In this document: positions 1 to 9,556 of the stretch, piece by piece
Layout of the letters: every line of letters begins with the position of its first letter
Position numbering within the stretch: the first letter of the stretch is position 1
Notes under the pieces: model-generated
Told to the model about the DNA's origin: nothing
The model's input: only the letters and a program-made list of their open reading frames with translations
The model's database searches: none
IMG/VR virus record: IMGVR_UViG_3300029121_000001
DNA length: 64,000 nucleotides
Source of the DNA: a virus
Strand: one strand, 5' to 3'
Program-made: the position numbers and the translations under genes

Positions 1-3000
1 ACGTTCAAGAATTTCCTTAGTAATAGGATCAATCATACAGTCATAAGAGTTTTCTAGACCATCAGCATTAAGACTATTGGTATAATTTTCAAGAAATTCA
101 AGGTACATTCTTCTATTATTTACATCCTTAATCGAATAAGAAGATGTATCATTTTCCTTGATACCATTCATAAGCATAGTAGAAGAATAGTTGACATCAT
201 ATACAAGATATCCATCAGAAAATTCAATATAATCTTTATCCATATTATATTTCAAATCTTTATCCATATCTTGTACAAATTCATATTTGATTCCTGCTTT
301 ATTCATAGTTTTTACTAGACCTTCTAGGTAAGCACAAACAATGACAACAGGAATTTCACAATTCAGAATACTTGCTTTAGAATAAGTACAACGAGTTCCA
401 GTAATCTTAGTACTGTTATAGAAGTCCATATAATCTTTAGATCTATAGAATAGAATCTCAGTAATATATGCTGCTAATGTAGATCTAGTTCCATCATAAT
501 AGATGATAGTATCTTTGCCACTCTTAGATTTTTCATCAAAGATAGTAAAGACACCAATAGGAACACCCTTAGTATCATCAACTTCATATTCACTTCTAAG
601 CTCATCTTGGTTAAAGAATATTTTCAAACCAGTGGCTTCAATAGAGTTAAATACTTGTGCAAGATCGATATAGTCTATAGGCAATTCATACTTGGTACAA
701 ACTTTAGTATTATCGCCAGCGACAAATGTGATATCATTATGCTTATCACAATATTTACCTAGTGTTCTAATAAGCTTATTTGTATAAGGATTAGATTGTC
801 CCTTACGAGAACCGAATCGTCTAACAAATATCTTATTATAACCACCGGAGCCAATGATCTGACATTCTCCAAGTCCAGTCTTAATTATAGGAAGTAGCGC
901 AGACTGAATCATCAGAGTCTTTTCATTACCACGAAGCTTTAAGAAATTAGATCCATTGATAAACTTAGGAATATCAATTTTAAGTGTAAATTTAGTTTTC
1001 TTATAATCTACACAACTAATAGTCCATAGATCCAAGACATCTTCAGAAGAAGAATTATCTTTGACATCAATATTGTCAACTGCAACAGGATAAGTCCAGT
1101 GTTGCATAGAATCTAGCATCTTGATGATATCACTATCAGGATCATAATCCTTATCAAAGTTCATAAAGGTCATATGCTCCCAATCATCATTAATAGAAGC
1201 AACCTTTAGTTTAGTTTCAGGAAGTTCCTTTTCTGCTATATCAACAGTTAGGAGTTCTTTAACAGATTTACCGTCAACTTCCTTTTTATGGAATTCTTCT
1301 TGTTTAGCAACAACAGTAGAAGACTGAGTCTTATCAACTCTAATATTCTCTTCAGTATCTTGTTGCACAGCAACGATCATTTCCTTAAATTCTTCTGTAT
1401 TAAGTTTATCAGTTGCAGTATCCTCACTATCAGAAGTTTCAGCTGCTTTTACAACAGCATCGACAATAGCATCTTTCTTTTCTTTATCAGAAGTACTATT
1501 GGCAGATTTGGTGCCAGATACACCAGTATCTTCCTTGTTATCTTCTTTGGTAACTTCCTTTTCTTTTACTTCAACTTTAGCTACAGTCTTCTTTGTAGAC
1601 TTAGCATAATTAGTTTGAGTAACATTAGAAGCAACCTTAGAAGGATCCGCAACTACTTTCTTTTTTACAGCAACATTTACAGATCCAGGAACTCCATCCT
1701 TATAGATATTAGCACTTGTAGAAAGTTTTTCAATCTTAGAAACGTCATTGATTTGAACATTCTGAGATTGTTCAACTTTATCAATTATAGACAATGCAAT
1801 ACCCTTAGGAGAATCTTCAAGTTCACCTTCAGGATCAGGATCTGCGGGAGAATTATATCCAAGATTAATGATTCTCTTAGTAAGTTGAAGAAACTTAGTT
1901 ACATTAGCAGACTTAGTGAAATCATCTTTTGCAAAATTAATCTTGAAATAATTCTTAGCACCGAGAAAAACAATATCCTTATCACCAAAGATCTTCTTAA
2001 GAGTTCTGACATCATTCTTCATATAATAATAGATGACAGAGATAGGATTGATATCCTGCTTATACATCCACATTTTCTGAGATTCATTATGATGCCAATC
2101 AAGAACAGGAATAAAGACAGTTTTCTTAGAATAGTTACTCAAAGAATCATCGTTGAGTAAACGTTCCATCAATTCAATATATGTCTTAAACAGACGCATG
2201 ACATTATTTCTATCATCGTCATTAATTTGAGACATATTTCTAAAGAAAGATTCATTATAGAAAGATAGATCATAGAAGAGATTACGATTATTATATCTAG
2301 AAAGTTTTACAAATGTATATCTGATAAAAGGCATATCTGCTTTTATCTTTTTATACATATTCAAGACATCTTTATCGTTTCTCATTCTGTCTTTATATAA
2401 TGCTTTACGAAGTTGAGCATCATACTTAGCAGAATCTTCAAACAGATAAACTATTCCACCTTCATTGATATAATCTTTCTGAGACCACTGATCTAATGTA
2501 TTACCAGTAAAAGACTCAGCAGTAGTTTCAGGTTCTGCATCTGGAGCAGTTTCAGGAATACCAATTTTTTGTAGAGATAAAGCTTCTCCCTTATCAGAAT
2601 CATTGGTACCACGTTCAAGATCTCTTCTAAGTTTATTGAGTTTATATATTGTCTTACTTTTAAAACGTCTTTTAAGTCTATCTCCCATAGTACTTATCCT
2701 TTTAAGACTATCAGGAGTAGGATCTGGAATAGGAATATCTTCCTCATTTAAATTACTAATGTAATCAACTTCTTCTCTAATAGCTTTCATGAAATCATTA
2801 CGACTATTAAAGAAGTCATTCATTCCATATTGCTTACCATATTCTTTTGCATATTCATAGATAGCAACAGTATCATTGTAAGCAAGAATTCTAGTAAACT
2901 GATCAATTCCATCGGTATCGATAATATACTGAAATACACGTTCTAGATTAAACTGATCATCTCTATCTCTCTTAGCGATTTCTCCATCGGCAATACCAGA

Positions 3001-4260
3001 TAGAAGAATAGCTGCAGGTTCAGCTAGAGTATGCATGACTCTATTATATTTACTACCAACAGGAGTTTTAATAGTATAAATAGCATAGAGTTGAAAGATA
3101 TAAGCAATATAATCTTTATAATCGAATTGAGCACCAGTTCTATAGAAAGCGCCAGGCGTATAAACTAAAAGAGATGTTTCAGTAAAAGATTCAGGTGCCT
3201 GATGATCACTACAACAAATGACATTGATTTTGTCATTAGGCATTCTCTTATTCAATCTTCTGAAACATTCTTTTACATATTTTTGATTAACAAACTTTTG
3301 AACCAGTTGAATATCTCTTTCATAGCCTGTAAATGTAATAAGAGTAAATTCCTTATTCATTTTACGATTTGCTGTAGGGAGAGCAGTTTGACTCATGAAA
3401 TTAGATACTCTAAATTCATTAAAATATTCTTCCTCAGTAAATTCTCTTAGAGTCTTTTTAGACCCTCTTACAAATATAGTATCAAAATCATCTTTATGAA
3501 TACTATATCCAGGCCCCAGAACTGCTTTTACTTCATCACAGATAGCATCAATTTGTTCTTTAGGATATTTACCAAGGCATAGATCATCTGTACCATCAAT
3601 AAATTTCTTAGATCCAAAAGGTCCATTTGCAGTAATTTTGCATGTATGAAATTTATTCTTAATAGTATCAGTAATTGCGTTAACTAGCATTTCACGATAC
3701 TTATAAGGATCCATATCTTGTTCATGAACAGCTTTAGAAGCAAGGCCAGATTTTTCCCAATATGGCTTAAATCTATTGCCATCGCCTACATGAACTTGAT
3801 CAGCCATATCATACTCTTTAATCTTCTTAATGATATTCTTTGCAAGTTCAGCCTCATATTCTTTTTCTACATGATTAAAGAATCTAATAGCAGCAAGAAC
3901 ATGTGCTTCATCATTAAGAGGATATCTACGCTGTTTAGGTAAACCAAATTCACTATCATCTAGCTGTTTTCTCTCAGAAGAAGTCAATTCAACTTCAAAT
4001 AGATATTGGCCAGGATCACCAATATCAATAACAGATTCATTTTGCTGCTTAATATATCTTGTAATACTTTTCTCTACATAATACGATTCAAAGGTTCTTC
4101 TATTAATAACATAAGGTTCAGTCATTGCAAGCATAGAAGACTGATAGTTTGGTGTCAATAGCATAATAGCAGAACCATGACGTTTGTCTTTTAGATTTAT
4201 AGGAAGAAAGAATTGTTTCTTATAGATCATCAAATCTTTCAGATCATTGAGTACAACCAT
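1..4260 (-). CDS. Giant protein, 3'-truncated by the window edge (>=1420 aa). A long N-terminal extension is fused to an RNA polymerase beta-subunit-like region (candidate second, virion-type beta paralog).
   Basis: My own minus-strand translation from ATG 4258-4260 (GGAGG 8 nt upstream) is stop-free down to nt 1. It is missing from the ORF track only because it has no in-window stop. Near the edge, 'DIPKFINGSNFLKLRGNEKTLMIQSA' and 'CEIPVVIVCAYLEGL' resemble bacterial beta '[24 protein letters not shown]' and 'LPATIILRAL', and also the paralog at 62371..63996. Confidence 0.6.
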   Translation of the reverse strand, partial: MVVLNDLKDLMIYKKQFFLPINLKDKRHGSAIMLLTPNYQSSMLAMTEPYVINRRTFESYYVEKSITRYIKQQNESVIDIGDPGQYLFEVELTSSERKQLDDSEFGLPKQRRYPLNDEAHVLAAIRFFNHVEKEYEAELAKNIIKKIKEYDMADQVHVGDGNRFKPYWEKSGLASKAVHEQDMDPYKYREMLVNAITDTIKNKFHTCKITANGPFGSKKFIDGTDDLCLGKYPKEQIDAICDEVKAVLGPGYSIHKDDFDTIFVRGSKKTLREFTEEEYFNEFRVSNFMSQTALPTANRKMNKEFTLITFTGYERDIQLVQKFVNQKYVKECFRRLNKRMPNDKINVICCSDHQAPESFTETSLLVYTPGAFYRTGAQFDYKDYIAYIFQLYAIYTIKTPVGSKYNRVMHTLAEPAAILLSGIADGEIAKRDRDDQFNLERVFQYIIDTDGIDQFTRILAYNDTVAIYEYAKEYGKQYGMNDFFNSRNDFMKAIREEVDYISNLNEEDIPIPDPTPDSLKRISTMGDRLKRRFKSKTIYKLNKLRRDLERGTNDSDKGEALSLQKIGIPETAPDAEPETTAESFTGNTLDQWSQKDYINEGGIVYLFEDSAKYDAQLRKALYKDRMRNDKDVLNMYKKIKADMPFIRYTFVKLSRYNNRNLFYDLSFYNESFFRNMSQINDDDRNNVMRLFKTYIELMERLLNDDSLSNYSKKTVFIPVLDWHHNESQKMWMYKQDINPISVIYYYMKNDVRTLKKIFGDKDIVFLGAKNYFKINFAKDDFTKSANVTKFLQLTKRIINLGYNSPADPDPEGELEDSPKGIALSIIDKVEQSQNVQINDVSKIEKLSTSANIYKDGVPGSVNVAVKKKVVADPSKVASNVTQTNYAKSTKKTVAKVEVKEKEVTKEDNKEDTGVSGTKSANSTSDKEKKDAIVDAVVKAAETSDSEDTATDKLNTEEFKEMIVAVQQDTEENIRVDKTQSSTVVAKQEEFHKKEVDGKSVKELLTVDIAEKELPETKLKVASINDDWEHMTFMNFDKDYDPDSDIIKMLDSMQHWTYPVAVDNIDVKDNSSSEDVLDLWTISCVDYKKTKFTLKIDIPKFINGSNFLKLRGNEKTLMIQSALLPIIKTGLGECQIIGSGGYNKIFVRRFGSRKGQSNPYTNKLIRTLGKYCDKHNDITFVAGDNTKVCTKYELPIDYIDLAQVFNSIEATGLKIFFNQDELRSEYEVDDTKGVPIGVFTIFDEKSKSGKDTIIYYDGTRSTLAAYITEILFYRSKDYMDFYNSTKITGTRCTYSKASILNCEIPVVIVCAYLEGLVKTMNKAGIKYEFVQDMDKDLKYNMDKDYIEFSDGYLVYDVNYSSTMLMNGIKENDTSSYSIKDVNNRRMYLEFLENYTNSLNADGLENSYDCMIDPITKEILER

Positions 4261-4371
4261 TTACATTTACCTCCTTGAATATGATTATAGTAGTGTTCAA
4301 CTTGACCATTTTTAAGGATTTTAGAGAATACTTACTTCTGAAACTTTCATATAAAACTATGAAAAGGAGAA

Positions 4372-5589
4372 ATGAGTATGGGAAAAGCATTCATTAGTAC
4401 ATTCACATATGATTGTGAATTAGCATTTAATTCTCAAGATGGTACATCTGAAGATATATTTAAACAGTGCGTAAGATATATTATTGTCAATCATGACTAT
4501 ATGAAAAATATGATGCCACTTATATATGTGAATGTGAATTTGAAACCTTCTCTATATAATAAAATGGTACCTGAGCAAGGTAAGAGTAAAGTATATCTTA
4601 AATTGTATTGTACTAGAAATAAAGGTTCTACGTCATCTACAGCTAAGAAAGTTATATATGGAGAATTCGATTATTATATGGCAGATGATCCTAATTCGTA
4701 TAAGGAATTGGATACTATCAATGAAGATCAGGGTACATCTTATAAGGTTTGTCAATTGGCACTATTTTCTCTTGATCTTCAGAAGAAAAATCAAAAGAGC
4801 TTTGGCGGAGTTATGAAAGGAAAAACTCCTCAAGATTTAGTAAAAGAATCATTAAAAGATATGAATAATCTTGTAATGCAGCCTTTTGATAATAATAGTA
4901 GTCTTGGTACATTTGTTTGCCCTAATTTAAGTTCTGTTGCAAAATTCATCGGGTATTTGAATAATAAAGCATCTTTCTATAAAGGAAATTATATGTTCTA
5001 TATGGACTTCGAGAAAACATATTTACGAAGTTACGATGGATCATATATTGATGCTGGAGATGGAGATCATAAAAATATTGCAATAGATGTTAGAGATCTT
5101 ACTCAGTATAAAGGATTAGCTTCTGGTATTGTAGAAGATCCTGATCAAGATGCGTATATTATTTATGTAAATGGATCTGATTGTACTATTAGTGTAGATA
5201 GAACTTCTAGTTCCATTGTTGGCAACATTAGCTCTGTTAACGTAGAGCAAGGAACAAAACTGCAAGCTGATGTAGTTAATACTTCTAATATTACTAATAT
5301 TAGTGATACTGGTTCTTCTATCATTACTGTTAGTGAAGATAAAAATGCCGCAAGTAATATCAAGACTAAGATTGCTGAAAATGCTAATACTCTTATCTTT
5401 AGTAAAATAGATATGGACAGTAGAATCTTTACTCCAAATAAACAATATACTCTATCCAATTATGAAGATAATCCAAAGTATACTGGCGTATATTATCTGA
5501 TAAAGAAATATGAGATCTATCTACGAAGTGGAGATCATATGAATTGTCAGATGACTAATACATTTAAAAAGACTGCAGATTTTGTATAA
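4372..5589 (+). CDS. Hypothetical protein (405 aa)
   Basis: Long ORF with AAGGAG just upstream. It is followed 17 nt later by the next same-strand gene. No motif recognised. Confidence 0.65.
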   Translation: MSMGKAFISTFTYDCELAFNSQDGTSEDIFKQCVRYIIVNHDYMKNMMPLIYVNVNLKPSLYNKMVPEQGKSKVYLKLYCTRNKGSTSSTAKKVIYGEFDYYMADDPNSYKELDTINEDQGTSYKVCQLALFSLDLQKKNQKSFGGVMKGKTPQDLVKESLKDMNNLVMQPFDNNSSLGTFVCPNLSSVAKFIGYLNNKASFYKGNYMFYMDFEKTYLRSYDGSYIDAGDGDHKNIAIDVRDLTQYKGLASGIVEDPDQDAYIIYVNGSDCTISVDRTSSSIVGNISSVNVEQGTKLQADVVNTSNITNISDTGSSIITVSEDKNAASNIKTKIAENANTLIFSKIDMDSRIFTPNKQYTLSNYEDNPKYTGVYYLIKKYEIYLRSGDHMNCQMTNTFKKTADFV

Positions 5590-5606
5590 GAAAGAAGGAA
5601 TAAACG

Positions 5607-6329
5607 ATGGAAGAATTTAATACTGATTTTACTTGGGAAAAGATGAAACTTCATCTGAAGACTATTCTTACTCATAAGAAATATGTATATATTTATTGTA
5701 ATAGATGTGGAATGCCTTGGGTAGGATTGATGCATGATATGTCAAAATTCTCTCCTGCTGAATTTATTACTAATGTAAAATATACTACAAAAGGTGTATC
5801 TCCTATTATCAAGAAAAAACAAATTTGTGGTTATTCTGAACCTTGGATGCATCATAAAGCGCATAATCCACATCATTATGAATATTGGACTGATGATCTT
5901 GATGAAGGAGGATTTTGTGTAAGAATTCCATTTAGATATACCATTGAAATGATGTGCGATTATCTCGGTGCAAATATGGCATATAATAATGGAGATAGTT
6001 CTTATCAAGCAGAATTCAATTGGTGGAAAGAAGCTCGTAATAAAAGAAACATGCATCCTGATAATGTAGAATTTCTGGATCGTGTATTTGGATATCTTGC
6101 TGCTGTAGAACGTGGAAACAGATTCACCATAAATGAATCCGTTTCTGTTCAAAAGAATAATCATTTGCAAATTAGAATTCTTCAAAAGAAAATTGCTTCT
6201 GACAACGATGTATTTAATATTGCTTTTCTAGAGTATTTATACAAATACATTGTAGATAAGAATAATAATCCTATTAAGATGAGATTTAAACTTCCTAAAG
6301 GAACTGAACCTGTATATTATAATAATTAA
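5607..6329 (+). CDS. HD-like metal-binding protein (DUF5662-like by motif)
   Basis: 'HDMSKFSPAEF' and 'WMHHKAHNPHHYEYW' His/Asp clusters. A terminator hairpin follows. Confidence 0.45.
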   Translation: MEEFNTDFTWEKMKLHLKTILTHKKYVYIYCNRCGMPWVGLMHDMSKFSPAEFITNVKYTTKGVSPIIKKKQICGYSEPWMHHKAHNPHHYEYWTDDLDEGGFCVRIPFRYTIEMMCDYLGANMAYNNGDSSYQAEFNWWKEARNKRNMHPDNVEFLDRVFGYLAAVERGNRFTINESVSVQKNNHLQIRILQKKIASDNDVFNIAFLEYLYKYIVDKNNNPIKMRFKLPKGTEPVYYNN

Positions 6330-6335
6330 AAATTT

Positions 6336-6365
6336 ACCCGAATAGGATAAAAGTCCTATTCGGGT
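6336..6365 (+). terminator. Intrinsic terminator-like hairpin
   Basis: Stem ACCCGAATAGGA / TCCTATTCGGGT directly after the stop of 5607..6329. Confidence 0.6.
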
Positions 6366-6420
6366 ATTATTCCTCAACTTTTTAGTAATTAGTCTATTAA
6401 TAATAGGAGGATTTTTTGCA

Positions 6421-7284
6421 ATGAGCAAGATTGGATATATTCTAAATGAATCCAGTGTTTGCATGGAAAATGTAGACATTAGAGAAGATAAAAATGATCG
6501 CACTAGAGTTACTGGAATGGGAATTCTTCAAACCGGTAATGAAAAGAATCGTAATGGGCGTATATATCGTACTGCTGATCTAGCAAAGGAAATTGCCGCT
6601 CCTAGGCAACAAGAACTGCTTGCTGCTAAGCAAATGTGTGGTGAAGCTGGACATCCTATTGGAGCAGATGCTAGTTCTCTGGTTCGTCAGCAGACTATTG
6701 ATCCGACCAAGATTTGTGTCCGTTATCTGAAGCTATGGATGGAAGGTGATAATGTTATGGGCACCTTCCAAGGTACTAATAATGCTCTCGGTGAAGCATT
6801 CGATAAGGATCTTCGTCAAGGTGTTCTACCTGCATTTTCTCTTCGTGCACTTGGTACCATTTCTAGTACTCCTCAAGGTGCAGTTGTTGAGAATCTGAAG
6901 ATGATTACATATGACTATGTTATTTATCCTTCTCATCCTCATGCATACACTAAGGGAGTCATTAATGAGTCTGCTGGTATTGCTAGTGCAGTCAAGTCTA
7001 ATTTCACTATGAATAGTTCTATGGATGGAACTAGATCTTTCATTAAGGAATTTAGCAATAAGGATGTAGTTAATGCAATTACTTCTATGAGAGAATCTGC
7101 AGTTGATTATATTAAAGATAAGAGTCATAATTTTAAGCTTCTCCAAGAGTGCTATGATATGACTAATTATGATACCATTGATATTATTAGTCCTCATAAG
7201 ATTGCTCTAACAGAAGCTGGTAAGAATACTATCATTATGAATGTTGAAGATTATATTGCAAATGAAATTCAGAATTATGTATAA
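6421..7284 (+). CDS. Prohead (maturation) serine protease, T4 gp21-like
   Basis: 'NRNGRIYRTADLAKEI', 'CGEAGHP', 'LWMEGDNVMGTF' and 'PAFSLRALG' align colinearly with T4 gp21 'NRNKRLYPKRILEKAV', 'LGELNHP', 'MWWKGNDVYGRA' and 'PGVSSRGLG' (catalytic His and Ser). Confidence 0.85.
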   Translation: MSKIGYILNESSVCMENVDIREDKNDRTRVTGMGILQTGNEKNRNGRIYRTADLAKEIAAPRQQELLAAKQMCGEAGHPIGADASSLVRQQTIDPTKICVRYLKLWMEGDNVMGTFQGTNNALGEAFDKDLRQGVLPAFSLRALGTISSTPQGAVVENLKMITYDYVIYPSHPHAYTKGVINESAGIASAVKSNFTMNSSMDGTRSFIKEFSNKDVVNAITSMRESAVDYIKDKSHNFKLLQECYDMTNYDTIDIISPHKIALTEAGKNTIIMNVEDYIANEIQNYV

Positions 7285-7306
7285 AATATAAAGAGGTGAA
7301 TTTACA

Positions 7307-7642
7307 ATGACAGGCCAGAAATTTACACAAGAAGATATCGATAAGCTTAATTCTGCAATTGGACCATGTATTGATGATCTAAATTGTGCAGATGAATATT
7401 CAGATCTTTGTAAAGAATCTGATACAACAAAAAAGAAACTTCATATTTGTACTACTATTTCTGATGATGGTATGCAGGTTGATGTAGCATTGACCAATGA
7501 TAATTTCTTTAATAAGTTTCTTGAACCTTTTATTTCTGGAGTTGTTATTGGAATTTTGCAAGCAGCAGTAGATGCTGTATGCCCTAATCAGTATAAGTTT
7601 GAATCTAATAATGGATCTATTGTGATTAAGAAAGTAGATTAA
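7307..7642 (+). CDS. Hypothetical small acidic protein (111 aa), head-module neighbour
   Basis: ORF with AGAGGTG RBS, tightly packed between the protease gene and the next gene. Confidence 0.5.
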   Translation: MTGQKFTQEDIDKLNSAIGPCIDDLNCADEYSDLCKESDTTKKKLHICTTISDDGMQVDVALTNDNFFNKFLEPFISGVVIGILQAAVDAVCPNQYKFESNNGSIVIKKVD

Positions 7643-7648
7643 ATACAT

Positions 7649-8425
7649 ATGGCTGGATATCAAAATAATATAGCAAAATTGGTAGATAAAATAGAATGGA
7701 GACTAGGACTTATTCCATTGACTAAACATCTACCTGAAGAATTTGGAAAAGATGCTTGGGCGAATATCATAAAAGAAGATACTCTTACTACATATTCAAG
7801 ATATTGTCCTAGAAAGTTTTCATTTAAAATTACAGAACAGACAGCTCCTAAGAGAGGTGGATGGTACTATATTAATGAAGACTATATTGGAGGACAAACT
7901 ATTCTTGGTGTAGGAGATATTGACTGGACCAAGTTTGGTAATAGATCTATTGGTCTAGCACAAACATTTGGTTATGGTACTATTGATGCTGGTCTAGCAG
8001 CAAACTTTACTATGGATGATATCCTAGGAATGAAGGGAAGATCTGATTATGCTTCTATGTTTAGTAATCAGATTATTCCTGAATTTGAACCACCTAATAG
8101 AATTAGACTAGTAGCAACTGGTAACTATGATGTCAATATTGGAGAATTCAATATCATTCTTCTATTAAAGCATCTTGATAGTCTTACTAGTATTCCTGCT
8201 ACAGCGATGGAAAAGTTTGAACAACTTGCTCAAGCAGACGTTGCAGCTTTCCTTGCTAACAACTTAAAGTATTGGGATGGTCTTGAAACAGTATTCTCTA
8301 CTATTGATCTTAAGATTAGTAATCTTGAGAATGAAGCTAGTAAAAGAGATAATGTAATTGATTATCTTGAATCTAATTATGTTAGTGCTAATAATAAGAG
8401 TATCCCTATGATTATGACTGTATAA
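7649..8425 (+). CDS. Hypothetical protein (258 aa), probably structural
   Basis: ORF starts 7 nt after the previous stop. A strong terminator follows. Confidence 0.6.
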   Translation: MAGYQNNIAKLVDKIEWRLGLIPLTKHLPEEFGKDAWANIIKEDTLTTYSRYCPRKFSFKITEQTAPKRGGWYYINEDYIGGQTILGVGDIDWTKFGNRSIGLAQTFGYGTIDAGLAANFTMDDILGMKGRSDYASMFSNQIIPEFEPPNRIRLVATGNYDVNIGEFNIILLLKHLDSLTSIPATAMEKFEQLAQADVAAFLANNLKYWDGLETVFSTIDLKISNLENEASKRDNVIDYLESNYVSANNKSIPMIMTV

Positions 8426-8432
8426 AATAAAA

Positions 8433-8461
8433 TCCCAGTAGAGATTAAATCTCTACTGGGA
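8433..8461 (+). terminator. Intrinsic terminator
   Basis: TCCCAGTAGAGAT / ATCTCTACTGGGA stem followed by ATATTTTT. Confidence 0.7.
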
Positions 8462-8476
8462 ATATTTTTAAAATAA

Positions 8477-8530
8477 TGTAAATTCAATCAGATATTATAA
8501 ATATGATAGAAAAGTAAGAGCGGCCTTACT
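8477..8530 (+). promoter_or_regulatory. Promoter-plus-5'-hairpin module (class 'GATATTATAAT')
   Basis: TGTAAATTCAATCAGATATTATAAATATGATAG followed by hairpin GTAAG-agcggc-CTTAC. It is homologous in layout to 9857-9906, 27899-27942(-), 33954-33996 and 60512-60552(-). Confidence 0.5.
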
Positions 8531-8571
8531 TAAATCAAATTATAATATCATCCAAAAGGAGATTTTAAATT

Positions 8572-8787
8572 ATGAATATCACAAACGTTACGAACATTTC
8601 TATCATTGTTAATGATAATAATCATGATGATGAATATATCAATGCAATGAGGAATCAAATACGTCAGAATTCTAAAGCTATCAGAAGGGATGCAGAAGAA
8701 TTAAAACGCAAACGCTCCAAATGGAATGAGATACTAGAACATGGATCTGTGTTCCAAATAGCAGATAATTATTTGAGTATCCTTTAA
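8572..8787 (+). CDS. Hypothetical protein (71 aa)
   Basis: ORF with AAAGGAG RBS, bracketed by a promoter module and a terminator. Confidence 0.5.
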   Translation: MNITNVTNISIIVNDNNHDDEYINAMRNQIRQNSKAIRRDAEELKRKRSKWNEILEHGSVFQIADNYLSIL

Positions 8788-8815
8788 TTGAATTTACATT
8801 ATATATATGTATAAT

Positions 8816-8839
8816 GAGTGAAGGACAAAATCTTCACTC
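8816..8839 (+). terminator. Intrinsic terminator
   Basis: GAGTGAAG / CTTCACTC stem followed by a run of about 10 T. Confidence 0.7.
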
Positions 8840-8855
8840 ATTTTATTTTTTTTTT

Positions 8856-8873
8856 GATAATCTGACGCTTCTA
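8856..8873 (+). promoter_or_regulatory. Repeated motif GATAAT(CT)GACGCTTCTA, copy 1
   Basis: A GC-containing 12-mer, GACGCTTCTA preceded by a -10-like ATAAT. The same motif occurs at 9189-9204 and 9534-9551, each time at the head of a small gene. Confidence 0.45.
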
Positions 8874-9193
8874 CTAAAATATGTATAAAAAATATTATAT
8901 CGACTACTTCAACAATTATATTAAATGGGTCATCACATGGTGGTAATATATCTGGAGATCTAGATGCATATAAATATCATATCCTAGAATGTAGGCCAGA
9001 TAAGCTTGGTAGATTTATTTTACCCGGATATTTAGATAATAAGAATCCAACTGTTGATTTTCCATATGATTATACTTGGGCAGGATATATTTATATGCCT
9101 GGTGATATTATGGTAGATAGTAAAAAATATCCATCTATGATACCTGCCTATTCTGAAACTTTACATTGGAAATTCTTTTGTATTCCAAGATAA
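8861..9193 (+). pseudogene. Start-less paralog of 9240..9524 (decayed copy or non-canonical initiation)
   Basis: The frame is open from 8861 to TAA 9191-9193 and encodes '...YKYHILECRPDKLGRFILPGY...FPYDYTWAGYIY...HWKFFCIPR', clearly homologous to the next gene. There is no ATG/GTG/TTG in frame: the TTG start of the paralog is ACA here. Not in the ORF track. Confidence 0.45.
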
Positions 9194-9204
9194 TGACGCT
9201 TCTA
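9189..9204 (+). promoter_or_regulatory. Repeated motif GATAATGACGCTTCTA, copy 2
   Basis: See 8856-8873. Confidence 0.45.
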
Positions 9205-9239
9205 TAAAAATAAAGAACTTTACATCCACTAATGCATCG

Positions 9240-9524
9240 TTGATAATCATAAATGGTAGAGAAATGAAAGAATTATCAGGCGATTATATAGATCTATATA
9301 ATTATCATATTCTAGAATGCAGATCAAATACGTTCGGCAGATTTATTTTACCAGGATATTCTTTCAATAAGCAATCTAATGATTATCCATATGATTACAT
9401 ATGGATAGGATATATATACAAAGATGGCTCATTTAAAATAGGTAATATGAGTTATCAAACTATGCAATATTGCTTTAATGAAACTTTAAATTGGAAAGCT
9501 TTTTGTATTCGTAGATATAGTTAA
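9240..9524 (+). CDS. Hypothetical protein, 'YHILEC...GRFILPGY...YPYDY.W.GYIY' family
   Basis: ORF (TTG 9240 or ATG 9263). It is a paralog of 8861..9193. Confidence 0.55.
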   Translation: MIIINGREMKELSGDYIDLYNYHILECRSNTFGRFILPGYSFNKQSNDYPYDYIWIGYIYKDGSFKIGNMSYQTMQYCFNETLNWKAFCIRRYS

Positions 9525-9533
9525 ATATAATAT

Positions 9534-9551
9534 TATAATCTGACGCTTCTA
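9534..9551 (+). promoter_or_regulatory. Repeated motif TATAATCTGACGCTTCTA, copy 3
   Basis: See 8856-8873. Here the upstream hexamer is a perfect TATAAT. Confidence 0.45.
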
Positions 9552-9556
9552 AAAAA

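Noticed and set aside
1288-2160. Plus-strand 290-aa ORF (MEFFLFSNNSRRLS...).
   Set aside because: It is antisense to the giant minus-strand ORF, has a low-complexity F/I/L/S/R composition and lacks an RBS.
1-4260. The ORF track shows no credible gene for 4.2 kb, only a 290-aa low-complexity plus-strand ORF. This raised suspicion of stop-codon reassignment or a large non-coding region.
   Set aside because: Translating the minus strand by hand under the standard code gives one continuous ORF from ATG 4260 to the window edge. The track simply omits ORFs without an in-window stop. No recoding is needed anywhere else in the window.
8856-9551. Three spaced copies of GACGCTTCTA looked superficially like a mini repeat-spacer array.
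   Set aside because: The repeats are only ~12-16 nt and ~340 nt apart. The 'spacers' are protein-coding paralogs. This is not a CRISPR array.
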